From an uncultured Candidatus Entotheonella sp. (GTDB lineage Bacteria; Tectomicrobia; Entotheonellia; Entotheonellales; Entotheonellaceae): DNA of 64,000 nucleotides. The notes under the pieces were generated by a model. It was not told where the DNA came from. It ran no database searches and worked only from the letters and a program-made list of their open reading frames with translations. Shown one piece after another: positions 1 through 9,490 of the stretch. The position numbers and the translations under genes are program-made. The stretch's first letter is position 1. Each line of letters opens with the position of its first letter. The stretch lies in contig OZ244252.1 in the NCBI GenBank assembly GCA_965217185.1, forward strand, positions 800,001-864,000, in the 5' to 3' direction.

Positions 1-1
1 G

Positions 2-1987
2 ATCACCGGCATCCTGGGCGTCAATCGAGACCCGTTCGGCACCGGCATGGGGTGCAGGTTGCTGTTCAACACGGATGTATTGTGCTTCGCGCCTCCCGAC
101 TATTCACAGCCCTTGCCGGGGCGCTTGCTGCACCCCAAGCGCATCTTCGAGGGTGTGCATCGCGGCATCAAGGACGGCGCCAATCAGAGCGGCATCCCCG
201 ACGTCAACGGCGCGGTGGTTTTCGACGAGCGTTTTTCCGGCAAACCCCTGGTCTTCTGCGGCACCGGTGGGCTGATGCCGGCCCGTATCGGCGGCGAACC
301 GGCCCACCTCAAGACGGCCCACGCCGGGGATTACGTGGTGATGGTCGGCGGCCGCATCGGTAAGGACGGCATCCACGGCGCGACGTTTTCGTCCGTTGAG
401 CTGGACGAGGCGTCCCCGGCCTCAGCCGTGCAGATCGGCGATGCCATTACGCAGAAAAACATGTTCGACATGCTGCTTGAAGCACGCGATCGGCAGTTAT
501 ACAGCTGCATTACCGACAACGGCGCCGGCGGCTTGTCGTCCTCGGTGGGTGAAATGGCCCAGTTCAGCAACGGCTGCGAGCTACACTTGGAGCGGGCGCC
601 GCTGAAGTATCCGGGCCTTGATCCTTGGGAGATTCTGGTTTCGGAATCCCAGGAGCGCATGACCGTTGCCGTGCCGCCGTCGCGGCTCGAAGCGTTTCTG
701 GCGCTGTCGGCGCGCCGTGAGGTGGAAGCGGCGGTTCTGGGCACGTTCACCGATACGGGCCTGTTTCACGTGCGTTACGATGGCGATACCGTCGCCCTGC
801 TGGAGATGGCGTTTCTGCACGACGGGCTGCCGGAAATGCGCCTCCCGGCTCGCTGGCGGCCCCCCCGCTTTGACGAGCCGGCGTTTGCCTGTCCCGCCGA
901 CCTGACGGCGGCGCTGCTGCAACTGTTGGGCCGGCTTAACATCTGCAGCAAAGAATGGGTGATTCGCCAGTACGATCACGAGGTGCAGGGCACCAGCGTC
1001 GTCAAGCCGCTTGTCGGCGCGCAAAATGACGGTCCCAGCGACGCCGCTGTCCTGCGTCCGTTGCCAGATTCGATGGAAGGGGTGATCGTGGCCAACGGCA
1101 TCTGCCCGCGCTATAGCGACATCGACACCTATCACATGGCCGCCAACGCGATTGATGAAGCTATCCGCAACGTCATTGCCGTGGGCGGGCGGCTCAGCCA
1201 CGTCGCCGGCCTGGACAATTTCTGCTGGCCCGACCCGGTGCTCAGCCCCGGCACGCCGGACGGCCCTTACAAGCTGGCGCAGTTGGTGCGCGCGAACCAA
1301 GCGCTCTACGACTGCTGCACGGCCTACGGGGTGCCGTGCATCTCCGGCAAGGACAGCATGAAGAACGACTACCACGTCGGCGATATTAAAATCTCCGTGC
1401 CGCCAACGCTGCTGTTCTCCGTCATTGCCCGCATGCCGGACGTGCGGCGGGCTGTGACGATGGACGCCAAGCAGGCGGGTGATCTGGTGTTCGGGGTAGG
1501 GGAGACACGGGACGAACTGGGGGGTTCGGAGTACTACGCCATGCACGGCGCCGTCGGCAACTGCGTGCCACGTGTTGACACGCAGCGTGCCCGCACCCTC
1601 TACGACGCGCTGGCCGACGCCATGCAGCGCGGCTTGGTGAACGCCTGCCACGACTGCTCGGACGGCGGGTTTGCCGTGGCCGCCGCCGAGATGGCCTTTG
1701 CGGGCGGTTTGGGCATGCGCCTCGACCTGCGTGCCATGCCGCGCGCGGCCGACGTGACCCGTGACGACACCCTGCTGTTTTCGGAAACGGCCAGCCGCTT
1801 CGTGGTGACCGTCCCAGCCGCCCATGGCGAGGCGTTCCGAGACCTGATGCCCGCCGGCTCGTGCGGCAAAATCGGTGTGGTGCATGACGGCCCCGAGTTT
1901 GTGGTCACGGGCTTGGGGGGTGAGGTCGTCATTGCCAGCCGGATTGACGAGTTGAAGGCGGTTTGGCAGCGACCGCTTGCTTGGTGA
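2..1987 (+). CDS. purL: Phosphoribosylformylglycinamidine synthase subunit PurL (5'-truncated by the window edge)
   Basis: Frame is open from position 2 (ITGILGVNRDPFGTGMG...). Motifs GGRIGKDGIHGATFSS, DNGAGGLSSS, SESQERM, QYDHEVQ, ISGKDSM, HDCSDGG. Confidence 0.95.
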   Translation: MTGILGVNRDPFGTGMGCRLLFNTDVLCFAPPDYSQPLPGRLLHPKRIFEGVHRGIKDGANQSGIPDVNGAVVFDERFSGKPLVFCGTGGLMPARIGGEPAHLKTAHAGDYVVMVGGRIGKDGIHGATFSSVELDEASPASAVQIGDAITQKNMFDMLLEARDRQLYSCITDNGAGGLSSSVGEMAQFSNGCELHLERAPLKYPGLDPWEILVSESQERMTVAVPPSRLEAFLALSARREVEAAVLGTFTDTGLFHVRYDGDTVALLEMAFLHDGLPEMRLPARWRPPRFDEPAFACPADLTAALLQLLGRLNICSKEWVIRQYDHEVQGTSVVKPLVGAQNDGPSDAAVLRPLPDSMEGVIVANGICPRYSDIDTYHMAANAIDEAIRNVIAVGGRLSHVAGLDNFCWPDPVLSPGTPDGPYKLAQLVRANQALYDCCTAYGVPCISGKDSMKNDYHVGDIKISVPPTLLFSVIARMPDVRRAVTMDAKQAGDLVFGVGETRDELGGSEYYAMHGAVGNCVPRVDTQRARTLYDALADAMQRGLVNACHDCSDGGFAVAAAEMAFAGGLGMRLDLRAMPRAADVTRDDTLLFSETASRFVVTVPAAHGEAFRDLMPAGSCGKIGVVHDGPEFVVTGLGGEVVIASRIDELKAVWQRPLAW

Positions 1988-2177
1988 GTAGGGCTTCCCG
2001 GACGTTTCCTCCAGCCCGGTGCTTGGCGGTATCGTGTATACTGCCAGCCGCGCCCGATCTTATATGAAGACGTGACGCTGACACCTCGTATTGACCACCT
2101 ATCTGGACTATCCCTAAACAAGTTGTTTGGCTTGAGACCTGGAAGGGCAGACTCTGCCACGAAGAAAGGCAAGCTCA

Positions 2178-3278
2178 GTGGCACAGACGGTAACCCCACC
2201 GAGTAGAGTGGATGAATTCGAAGATCCCAAGAACCTCAAGCTGGATCTGAGGAATCCCCGCTCCCCCGACGGCGGCTTTGATAGCGAAGAAGATGTCATG
2301 GACTATCTGGTCGATCATGCCGACGTTGATGAGTTGATCCAAGCGATCCTCAGTTCCGGCTGGCACGACTACGAAGCCCTGATCGTGCTGGGCGATGAGA
2401 ATATCGTTCTCGAAGGCAATCGTCGTCTGGCAGCGTTGCGCATATTGGCTGACACCGAATTGCGGCAGCGCCTGAAAATCGAGCTCAACGAAGCAGTAGG
2501 ACCGGCCACTCTGCCGGATGCGGTGCGCATTCGCCGTGTGCCTTCCAGACGTGACGCCCGCGATTACATTGGATTCAAGCACATCAACGGCCCATTCAAA
2601 TGGGACGCTCTGTCAAAAGCGAAGTACGCAGCCGAGTGGTATGAAGATGGCGGCGACATCCAGCAGATCAGCCGTCGCTTGGGTGATCGGCACAACACGG
2701 TTGTTCGTCTGGTGAACGGCTGGAACGTGCTGAAACAAAGTCTGGCCCATGGTTTCGATCTGAAAAAGACGACGAAGAAATCGTTTCCGTTTTCCCATCT
2801 ATACACGGGACTGAGCCGACCCAACGTTCGCCGATTTCTTGGCCTGTCGACCGACGATGTGTCGGCGGTGCTGCCTGCCAATCCGGTACCAGAAGAACAC
2901 CTGGATAATCTACAGGCTTTCATGTCGTGGCTTTATGGCCAGGGCGGCGAGCCGTCGGTGATCAAGAGCCAGAATCCGGATTTGAACCGCTTGGTTGAAG
3001 TTCTTGGCAACGAATCGGCCCGTATCATGCTGGAGGCCAGCCGCGACCTTGATGCCGCTTATGATCTGGTTGAAGACAAAGGGCTCAAATTCAGCGAAGC
3101 GCTGATGAACACGATCAGGCAGGCTGAGGATGCGCTCCGGCTGGTGGGGAATTACGACGGTCGGGCTGATCTGATGGGTGCCGGCGATAATCTTCGCCGC
3201 ACAGTTTTGTCACTCCATAGCGTCATGCGCCATGCCAAGGAGGTCGCCGATGCCGGGGATGAGGCCGATGCCGGTTAA
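2178..3278 (+). CDS. ParB/Sulfiredoxin-like N-terminal domain protein
   Basis: LKLDLRNPR...LIQAILSSGW...EALIV...VLEGNRRLAALRIL resembles the ParB/Srx core (D/E-G-x-RR). GTG start. Confidence 0.7.
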   Translation: MAQTVTPPSRVDEFEDPKNLKLDLRNPRSPDGGFDSEEDVMDYLVDHADVDELIQAILSSGWHDYEALIVLGDENIVLEGNRRLAALRILADTELRQRLKIELNEAVGPATLPDAVRIRRVPSRRDARDYIGFKHINGPFKWDALSKAKYAAEWYEDGGDIQQISRRLGDRHNTVVRLVNGWNVLKQSLAHGFDLKKTTKKSFPFSHLYTGLSRPNVRRFLGLSTDDVSAVLPANPVPEEHLDNLQAFMSWLYGQGGEPSVIKSQNPDLNRLVEVLGNESARIMLEASRDLDAAYDLVEDKGLKFSEALMNTIRQAEDALRLVGNYDGRADLMGAGDNLRRTVLSLHSVMRHAKEVADAGDEADAG

Positions 3279-4317
3279 CCCCCCGCTACCGCAAGATACC
3301 CGTAGCCGCCTCGCTGATTGGTTGGAGCTCGAAACGCTGGTGCGTCCACGTGGAGTGGCGACGAGAAGTGACGTCCTGCGGCTTTACGACTTCATCGAGG
3401 ATGATGGTCACGAATTGGAAATCGACGAGGTGACCGGCGAAGAGTTGGAACCCGAAGTCCTTGAGCATGGTCGATCAGAATGCGCCGACGAGGTTCTGGC
3501 CGAGATCGAGCATCGCGTTCAGATCCTCGATGCCGACTACCCATTCGACTTTGATCTAGAACGACAGCAGTGGCGTTTGTCGCTTGCTTCGCCTGCACAA
3601 GACGCGCGCATTCGCGCCGCTCGCACATGTTACCTCTTCTGTTTACTGACCAGTGCGGTACGAGACGGTCGCATCAGCGGGAATACAGCTGGCATACAGC
3701 AACCTATGGCAAACCATTTCCAGGCCATCGCCACGAATGCAGCGGCTGGCGTTCTGAATGGCGAGGCTATCTCCTTTGGCTTTCCGCGTCCGTCAGGGAC
3801 GGGTTTCCGGGCTGCATTAGCAGAGGCCAGCCTGCAGATGCGCCTCGGCACACCGCTTGAGACCTCACCGCTTCATTCCAACGGGCAAGAGAAGGACGCC
3901 GGCATCGACGTTATCGCTTGGCGGGATTTTCGTGACGGTAGACCATCAAAGTTGGTGCTACTGGGGCAAGTCGCGTCGGGATACAATTGGAAGGAAAAGA
4001 GCGTAAAGGCCGACACGTATCGCTTCTTTGAGTGGTTCAGTCAACGACCCACCGAACACTACATTCCATCGATTTTCATTCCATTTCCGCTGCACCATGA
4101 ATGCGAGGCTAAGCCGGGGGTCACGTTTGAGGACGTCGCAGTTGACAATGCCTACCATATTGAACGCGGCTTCGGGATCATCGTCGATCGTCTGCGGATC
4201 GTAGAGACAGCGGCCGTCGGATTGGCCGAGACGCATGACGGTGTCAGCAACTCAACGCTCAGTTCCCTGGAAGCCTGGACGGAAGAGGTGCTACGTCTCG
4301 CGCGAGAATGGGTATGA
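3268..4317 (+). CDS. Uncharacterised protein with a C-terminal PD-(D/E)xK (Mrr-like) nuclease-fold signature
   Basis: KDAGIDVIAWRDFRDGRPSKLVLLGQVASG resembles the D-x-G-x-D...Q-x-(K) motif. ATG at 3268 overlaps the upstream stop. Confidence 0.55.
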   Translation: MPVNPPLPQDTRSRLADWLELETLVRPRGVATRSDVLRLYDFIEDDGHELEIDEVTGEELEPEVLEHGRSECADEVLAEIEHRVQILDADYPFDFDLERQQWRLSLASPAQDARIRAARTCYLFCLLTSAVRDGRISGNTAGIQQPMANHFQAIATNAAAGVLNGEAISFGFPRPSGTGFRAALAEASLQMRLGTPLETSPLHSNGQEKDAGIDVIAWRDFRDGRPSKLVLLGQVASGYNWKEKSVKADTYRFFEWFSQRPTEHYIPSIFIPFPLHHECEAKPGVTFEDVAVDNAYHIERGFGIIVDRLRIVETAAVGLAETHDGVSNSTLSSLEAWTEEVLRLAREWV

Positions 4318-5222
4318 CAGGCCGCCATCCACGCCAAACCGAAGAGGGTGGACATTCTCCTGGTACCTCCTTTCCTGGCTCCGCCATCCTTGCGGCCAAT
4401 GTTGCTTCAGTTCCGCAGCGCAGTCCGTTACGCTATCCGGGCGGCAAGACGTGGCTGATTCCGCACATTCGGGCGTGGCTGGGTCGCACACCGCCGCATC
4501 CGCTGATCGTTGAGCCATTCGCCGGCGGTGGCATCGTGTCGCTGACGGCCGTCATGGAGCGTCTGGTCGAGCGGGCGCTTATGGTCGACCTCGACCGCGA
4601 CATCGCGGCTTTCTGGCGAGCGGCGTTATACCACGGTCCCCGCCTCGCCGAGCGTATTCAATGTTTCACACCGAGTCGCGATCAGATTGAAGAGCTGGCG
4701 TGCCAGGCGCCGCACGATGTGATCGAGCACGGCTTCCGCACCCTGGTGCTGAACCGTACTAGGCGCGGAGGCGTGATGGCGCCAGGCGCAGCATTGATCA
4801 GGCAAGGCGAGAACGGCCATGGCGTGGCGTCGCGTTGGTATCCCGATACGATTAGGAAGCGTCTTGCCGAAATTACAACCCATGCAGACCGCATCACCTT
4901 CTGCGAGGCTGATGGGGTACGTCTGCTCGAAGACGTGGCGTTGCATCGTTCGGATGCGTGTTTCTTCATTGATCCGCCCTACACGGCAGGCGGTAAGCGG
5001 GCCGGATCGCGGCTCTACGCGCATAACACGGTGGATCACGCCAAGCTGTTCGAGTTGATGGCCTCAAGCCGCGCCGACTTCCTGATGACCTACGACTGCT
5101 CGGAGGAGATCGTTTCGCTCGTGCGTGCCTATGACTTCCATGCGGCGGTCGTTGTCATGAAAAACAGCCACCACGCTCGGATGCCCGAACTGGTCATCAC
5201 GCGCGATCGGATGTTTACATGA
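4314..5222 (+). CDS. DNA adenine methyltransferase (Dam/D12 class)
   Basis: SPLRYPGGK, EPFAGGG (motif I), FFIDPPY (motif IV). ATGA overlap with the upstream stop. Confidence 0.9.
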   Translation: MTGRHPRQTEEGGHSPGTSFPGSAILAANVASVPQRSPLRYPGGKTWLIPHIRAWLGRTPPHPLIVEPFAGGGIVSLTAVMERLVERALMVDLDRDIAAFWRAALYHGPRLAERIQCFTPSRDQIEELACQAPHDVIEHGFRTLVLNRTRRGGVMAPGAALIRQGENGHGVASRWYPDTIRKRLAEITTHADRITFCEADGVRLLEDVALHRSDACFFIDPPYTAGGKRAGSRLYAHNTVDHAKLFELMASSRADFLMTYDCSEEIVSLVRAYDFHAAVVVMKNSHHARMPELVITRDRMFT

Positions 5223-6079
5223 GCCGCTACGGCATCGCGGAGTGGTACGGTCATCCTTTTCTCGACCTGTTGCCGCACGACCGGCGACGATTCTCGGAAG
5301 TGGCGCTAACCGGCCAAGCACCGCCGCCGTGTCCTTTCCGGCAGATGCCCTGTAACAAGAGAGGCGGTGTTTGCAGCATCCAGCCATACGAGCCGGACGG
5401 CGACCACATCAGTCATGCGGCGGGCCATCCGGTGATTGTCTGTCCGGTCAGGTTTGAACAGCAACAAATACTGATCAAGTGGCTGGCTGAGGTGGTAGGG
5501 TTTTCGCCGGAAACTACGCTCGTAGCGCGGGAAATCCCGTTCATGCTTGGGACAAAAACCCGAAAGCCGGCTGGCAAAATCGATCTGATTGTCGCGCAGG
5601 ATCAGCACGTTTTGACGTGGTTTGGGCTTGAGATTCAGGCTGTCTACTTCTCAGGTCCGGGTATGGATGTCGAATTTGAGGCATTACGAGACAGGGCAGG
5701 TGTGGCGGACCGGCCACCATTTCCGCGCCGCATACGCCGTCCGGACTGGCGATCATCCAGCGCAAAGCGTCTGGCGCCGCAGCTCCAGATCAAGGGGCCA
5801 ACGCTTCGCCGGTGGCATTCCAAGATCGCGGTTGCAGTCGATAAACCGTTCTTTGCCTCTATTGGCGGGCCTTCAGACACGCCGAGTCATGACCTTGATT
5901 CCGGCGATGTGATCTGGTTGGTGCCGGAGTTATCAGGCAATCGGCTCGAACGCGGGCATTGGGAGGTCTTAACGCTGGAAGCGTCAACGGAGAAACTTCT
6001 ATCCGCCAAGGCGATTCCGCGGCAGGAATTCGAGCAGGCCCTGCGCAGAAAGCTGACACCTCTCACGGAAACACCGTGA
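5219..6079 (+). CDS. NotI-family restriction endonuclease
   Basis: IAEWYG, four-Cys cluster (CPF...CNKRGGVCS...IVCPVRF), GKIDL...GLEIQAVYFSG, RPDWRSSSAKRLAPQLQIKG. ATGA overlap with the MTase stop. Confidence 0.8.
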   Translation: MSRYGIAEWYGHPFLDLLPHDRRRFSEVALTGQAPPPCPFRQMPCNKRGGVCSIQPYEPDGDHISHAAGHPVIVCPVRFEQQQILIKWLAEVVGFSPETTLVAREIPFMLGTKTRKPAGKIDLIVAQDQHVLTWFGLEIQAVYFSGPGMDVEFEALRDRAGVADRPPFPRRIRRPDWRSSSAKRLAPQLQIKGPTLRRWHSKIAVAVDKPFFASIGGPSDTPSHDLDSGDVIWLVPELSGNRLERGHWEVLTLEASTEKLLSAKAIPRQEFEQALRRKLTPLTETP

Positions 6080-6097
6080 CACCGCAGACTTCCCCAT

Positions 6098-6114
6098 AAA
6101 AGCGGACAGCTTTT
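6098..6114. terminator. Possible weak bidirectional terminator hairpin
   Basis: AAAAGC-GGACA-GCTTTT inverted repeat between convergent genes. The stem is short. Confidence 0.3.
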
Positions 6115-6125
6115 CAAATCCCCCC

Positions 6126-7397
6126 TCAGAACGGCAGCAGGCTGCCGTCCGCCGCGAACGCCAATGGTTCCGCCTCACCGGCCGGCATCAGGTCCTGCCG
6201 CTTCGATACTTCCTCCAGGAAGGCTTCCGACACGTCCACTTCGGTCAGGTGCAGGGTGTTCTTGATGCGTATGACGCGGGCATCCTCGATGCGGTCCAGG
6301 CCGAGGCAGGCCAGGGCTACGCCGATGGCTTCCTGCGCCGTGTCCAGCACCGGCGGCAGCTTGCCGCCGCCCGGTGAGCAGGCGGTCAGGTTGTTGATGT
6401 AGGTGGGCTCCCAATTGACCGCATCTGCCAGTTGGCGCGTGGTGAAGTCGGCGTTGCCGATGCCGGTGGCGTTGCCGTAGCTGTTCGGCGTCAGGCCGCA
6501 CACGGCGATGAAGGTGATTTTGGGATTGGTGAACGGGCGCTCGAAAAACGTCGTATGCCGGCCGATGACGTTGGTATCCATCCCCGACCCGGAGATGTCC
6601 TTGCCCATTTCGTCGACGATCAGCAGGTCGATGGGATCGAACGGCAGCTTGGCCATCCATGTCTTGGCCTGGCGCAGCAATTCTCGTTCTCCCGCCTCGA
6701 GATCACCCGGCAGGAAGGCGCGGGTGAGCGCGGTCTCGTCGTAGCCGTTCTCGACGACCCCAAGCCCGAAGGCGATGCGGGCGCAGTTCAGCATCTCGCG
6801 GCCCAGCGCGGTGATCATGGTTTCGTAGCCCAGCCGGATATTGGCGCGATGCGCCTGGACCGCGCCGCGGTGCTTGCCCATGCCGATGGTCATCATCTTG
6901 AACATCCCCGAGCCGATCTCGCCCGTAAAGCCGGTATGCGGCTTCACCCGATTGATCACACCAATCCAGTCCGCCTCGGCGGCGTAGCGGTCCAACCAGA
7001 TGGGCAGGCCGAGCACCTCGCCGATCTGTTCCACCTCCATCGTCGATTTGACGGGGCAGCCCATGCTCCCCTCGGTGACGCCGTAGTGCGCCAGAACCGC
7101 GGCTTGCCCCTCGGCGGTGCCGCCGCCATGGCTGCCCATGGCGGGAATGATGAACGGCTCGGCGCCCAGCGACTGCAGATATTGCACGGTCGCCCGCACG
7201 ATGGTGTCGATATTCACGACGCCCCGGCTGCCGACGGTCAAGGCGACGGATTGCCCTGGCTTCACGGGTAGAGCCATGTTGGAAAGGGTCTCTTGAACGG
7301 AAGCGGCCACGTCGGGGAGTTGGGGGCCGCCGAATTGTTGCTTCACCCGCAGCATGCGGGGAAACGTGGATGCGCGTGGAACACCAGTCAGTTGCAT
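6126..7397 (-). CDS. Lactate-racemase (LarA/DUF2088)-like domain protein
   Basis: VALTVGSRGV, PAMGSHGGGTAEGQ, NRVKPHT, GKDISGSGMDTNVIGR. Confidence 0.75.
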   Translation of the reverse strand: MQLTGVPRASTFPRMLRVKQQFGGPQLPDVAASVQETLSNMALPVKPGQSVALTVGSRGVVNIDTIVRATVQYLQSLGAEPFIIPAMGSHGGGTAEGQAAVLAHYGVTEGSMGCPVKSTMEVEQIGEVLGLPIWLDRYAAEADWIGVINRVKPHTGFTGEIGSGMFKMMTIGMGKHRGAVQAHRANIRLGYETMITALGREMLNCARIAFGLGVVENGYDETALTRAFLPGDLEAGERELLRQAKTWMAKLPFDPIDLLIVDEMGKDISGSGMDTNVIGRHTTFFERPFTNPKITFIAVCGLTPNSYGNATGIGNADFTTRQLADAVNWEPTYINNLTACSPGGGKLPPVLDTAQEAIGVALACLGLDRIEDARVIRIKNTLHLTEVDVSEAFLEEVSKRQDLMPAGEAEPLAFAADGSLLPF

Positions 7398-7453
7398 GGG
7401 ATCACCTCTTTCGGAGTTTCAGGATCGGGGTTAACGTGTTTGAAGGCGCCGCG

Positions 7454-8527
7454 TCATGCCGTGGAACTCAGCGCCGGGATAACCTTCTCGCCGAACAGGC
7501 GCATGGACGCCATGACCCGGTCATGCGCCATGTCGCCAAAACTCATCTGGCACAAGACGTGCCGAGCACCGGCGTCGCGCAGGGCCGCGAGTTGCTCCTG
7601 TACGCGGGCCGGGGAGCCATACACCGAACCCGTTTCCAGCACGTGGGGCACGGCGTCGTCGTTCGACACGGCTGGATTCGACCATGGATTGAGCATCGCG
7701 GGTTCCACCTGGAAGTCGTCCGGATTGTAGGCGGAGCGGACATGCATCATGTGGTTGCGGCTTTGGCCCAGCATGTCGGCGAGTTCGTCCTCGGCCTGCG
7801 CATCGCTGTCGGCGACGTGCACATTGCGCCACACCGCGGCCTGTTGCAGCAGGTTCCGCCTTGTCTCGGGACCGTGCCCGCCTTCTTCCAACCCTTCCTC
7901 GTACAGTTTCCAGCGCTCCGCAACGTGCTCCAGCGACAGGCGAGCTGCCAGAATCGGCACCCCCAGACGCCCGCATTCGGTGAACGAGGTTGGCGACACA
8001 ACGCTGCGCCAGAGCGGCGGGTAGGGGCGTTGGAAGGGGCGCGGTCGGAGTTCGGGCAAGTGGAATTGGTAAAAGTTCCCATCGTAGGAACAGGGGGCTT
8101 CCGTCCAGGCGCGCGTCAGGATGTCGATTGCTTCCTCCATGCGCGGTCGGCTGTCATCGCTGCGCAGGCCGTAGCCCACAAACTCGTATTCGTTGTAAAT
8201 CGTGCCGCGCCCGACGCCGACGTCCAGGCGGCCCTTGCTCAGATTATCGAGTAGGGAAAGCTGCACGGCGAGGCGCACGGGATGGTGCAGCGCCATCTGG
8301 AGCACGGCAAAGCCGATTCGCACCCGCGTGGTGCGCATGGCCAGCGCCGAGGCGAAGATGAGCGGATCGTTGTAGACGCTTTCGCCCGTAAAGTAATGCT
8401 CGGTGAGCCACACGTCATCGAAACCCGCCGCTTCAGCGTAGCAAGCCTGGGCAAGCTGCTGATCAATGCGCGCGGCATCCTCTTCCGGTGATGGCGAAAG
8501 CGATAGGGTCAACCAACCGAACTGCAC
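7454..8527 (-). CDS. LLM-class (luciferase-like) flavin-dependent oxidoreductase
   Basis: AEAAGFDDVWLTEHYF, HHPVRLA, LDNLSKGRLDVGVGRG, C-terminal FGEKVIPAL. GTG start at 8527 preceded by AGGAG. Confidence 0.9.
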   Translation of the reverse strand: MQFGWLTLSLSPSPEEDAARIDQQLAQACYAEAAGFDDVWLTEHYFTGESVYNDPLIFASALAMRTTRVRIGFAVLQMALHHPVRLAVQLSLLDNLSKGRLDVGVGRGTIYNEYEFVGYGLRSDDSRPRMEEAIDILTRAWTEAPCSYDGNFYQFHLPELRPRPFQRPYPPLWRSVVSPTSFTECGRLGVPILAARLSLEHVAERWKLYEEGLEEGGHGPETRRNLLQQAAVWRNVHVADSDAQAEDELADMLGQSRNHMMHVRSAYNPDDFQVEPAMLNPWSNPAVSNDDAVPHVLETGSVYGSPARVQEQLAALRDAGARHVLCQMSFGDMAHDRVMASMRLFGEKVIPALSSTA

Positions 8528-8567
8528 GTGTTTCTCCTGTTTTCGTGTGCCGCGCATCTGGGATGCG

Positions 8568-9365
8568 TCAGCTTTTCCGTGCCACGGCCTCACCCCACGC
8601 CTCGGCGGCAAACGCATGGGGATGTTTGCCCCACGCGATGAAACCCTCGCTCATCCGCGCGAGCGTGACGTTGTCGGCGATTCCCGCTTCGATCAACTGT
8701 GAGGCGAACGCTGATTCGCCGACCAACTCGGCGAGAAAGCCAGCATGCCTCTGCGTCTCCTCAGGCGTGCTTGTCCAGCAATCGTAGGACGCAGACACGG
8801 CAAGTTGGTCGAAGCCCGTCTCCCGCAGCCAGCGGAGCTGGTGCCTCCCCGCCGTAGGATCTCCGCCGTTGTGAACCATCAGCCGCTCGAAGAGCGGTAC
8901 AAATCGGTCCAGGGGCGGCTCGGCGGGTTCGAGGAGGAAGCCGCCGAAGTCGGCATGGCGCGTGCCTACAACGCCGCCGGGCTTGAGCACCCGGCGAACC
9001 TCTCCGAGGGCTGCCACCGGTTCCTGCATGTGTTCCAACACGCCGTGCAGAAAGACGGCATCGAACGTGCTGTCGGAAAAGGGCAGGGCGTAGAGATCCG
9101 CAACAGTAAAACGGGCGTTCGATTTCTCCCGGTCTGCGGCCTGCGCCCAGGCAAATCGGAGTTGGCTTGGCTCAACGTCGACACCGACCACTGCTGCCGG
9201 TGCCACGAGAGAGGCGAAGTCAAGCGTGATGGTGCCCGGACCACAGCCACAGTCCAACAAGGTCATGCCAGGCTGCACGTAGGGGAGGAAAAAGGCGGCA
9301 TGAGTGGCAGCACGGCGATGATGGAAGAAGTCGGTGGTGGCAGTATCGTAGCCGACTGAGTACAT
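8568..9365 (-). CDS. Class I SAM-dependent methyltransferase (UbiE-like)
   Basis: LLDCGCGPGTIT, LPFSDSTFDAV, RVLKPGG. Start chosen at ATG 9365 (MYSVGY) rather than the longer ORF start. Confidence 0.85.
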   Translation of the reverse strand: MYSVGYDTATTDFFHHRRAATHAAFFLPYVQPGMTLLDCGCGPGTITLDFASLVAPAAVVGVDVEPSQLRFAWAQAADREKSNARFTVADLYALPFSDSTFDAVFLHGVLEHMQEPVAALGEVRRVLKPGGVVGTRHADFGGFLLEPAEPPLDRFVPLFERLMVHNGGDPTAGRHQLRWLRETGFDQLAVSASYDCWTSTPEETQRHAGFLAELVGESAFASQLIEAGIADNVTLARMSEGFIAWGKHPHAFAAEAWGEAVARKS

Positions 9366-9450
9366 ATCCTGTTGACTCCCGGACTCACGTAGATGCGCGC
9401 CCGTGACTTTCATCTTCACTGCCTTATACTTGGCCATGCTGCACAACGTC

Positions 9451-9469
9451 TGTACAGCCTTACTGTACA
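9451..9469. promoter_or_regulatory. Putative YefM-YoeB autorepression operator (two TGTACA hexamers)
   Basis: TGTACA at 9451-9456 and 9464-9469, just upstream of the antitoxin RBS (AGGAG). TATACT -10-like box at 9425-9430. Confidence 0.7.
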
Positions 9470-9490
9470 TGATTCCCCAGGAGACTCAAC

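Noticed and set aside
581..1885. 434-aa minus-strand ORF and similar long antisense ORFs (12358-13743, 27709-28893, 51130-52191, 57886-59058)
   Set aside because: They mirror well-supported genes on the opposite strand, which is expected in GC-rich coding DNA.
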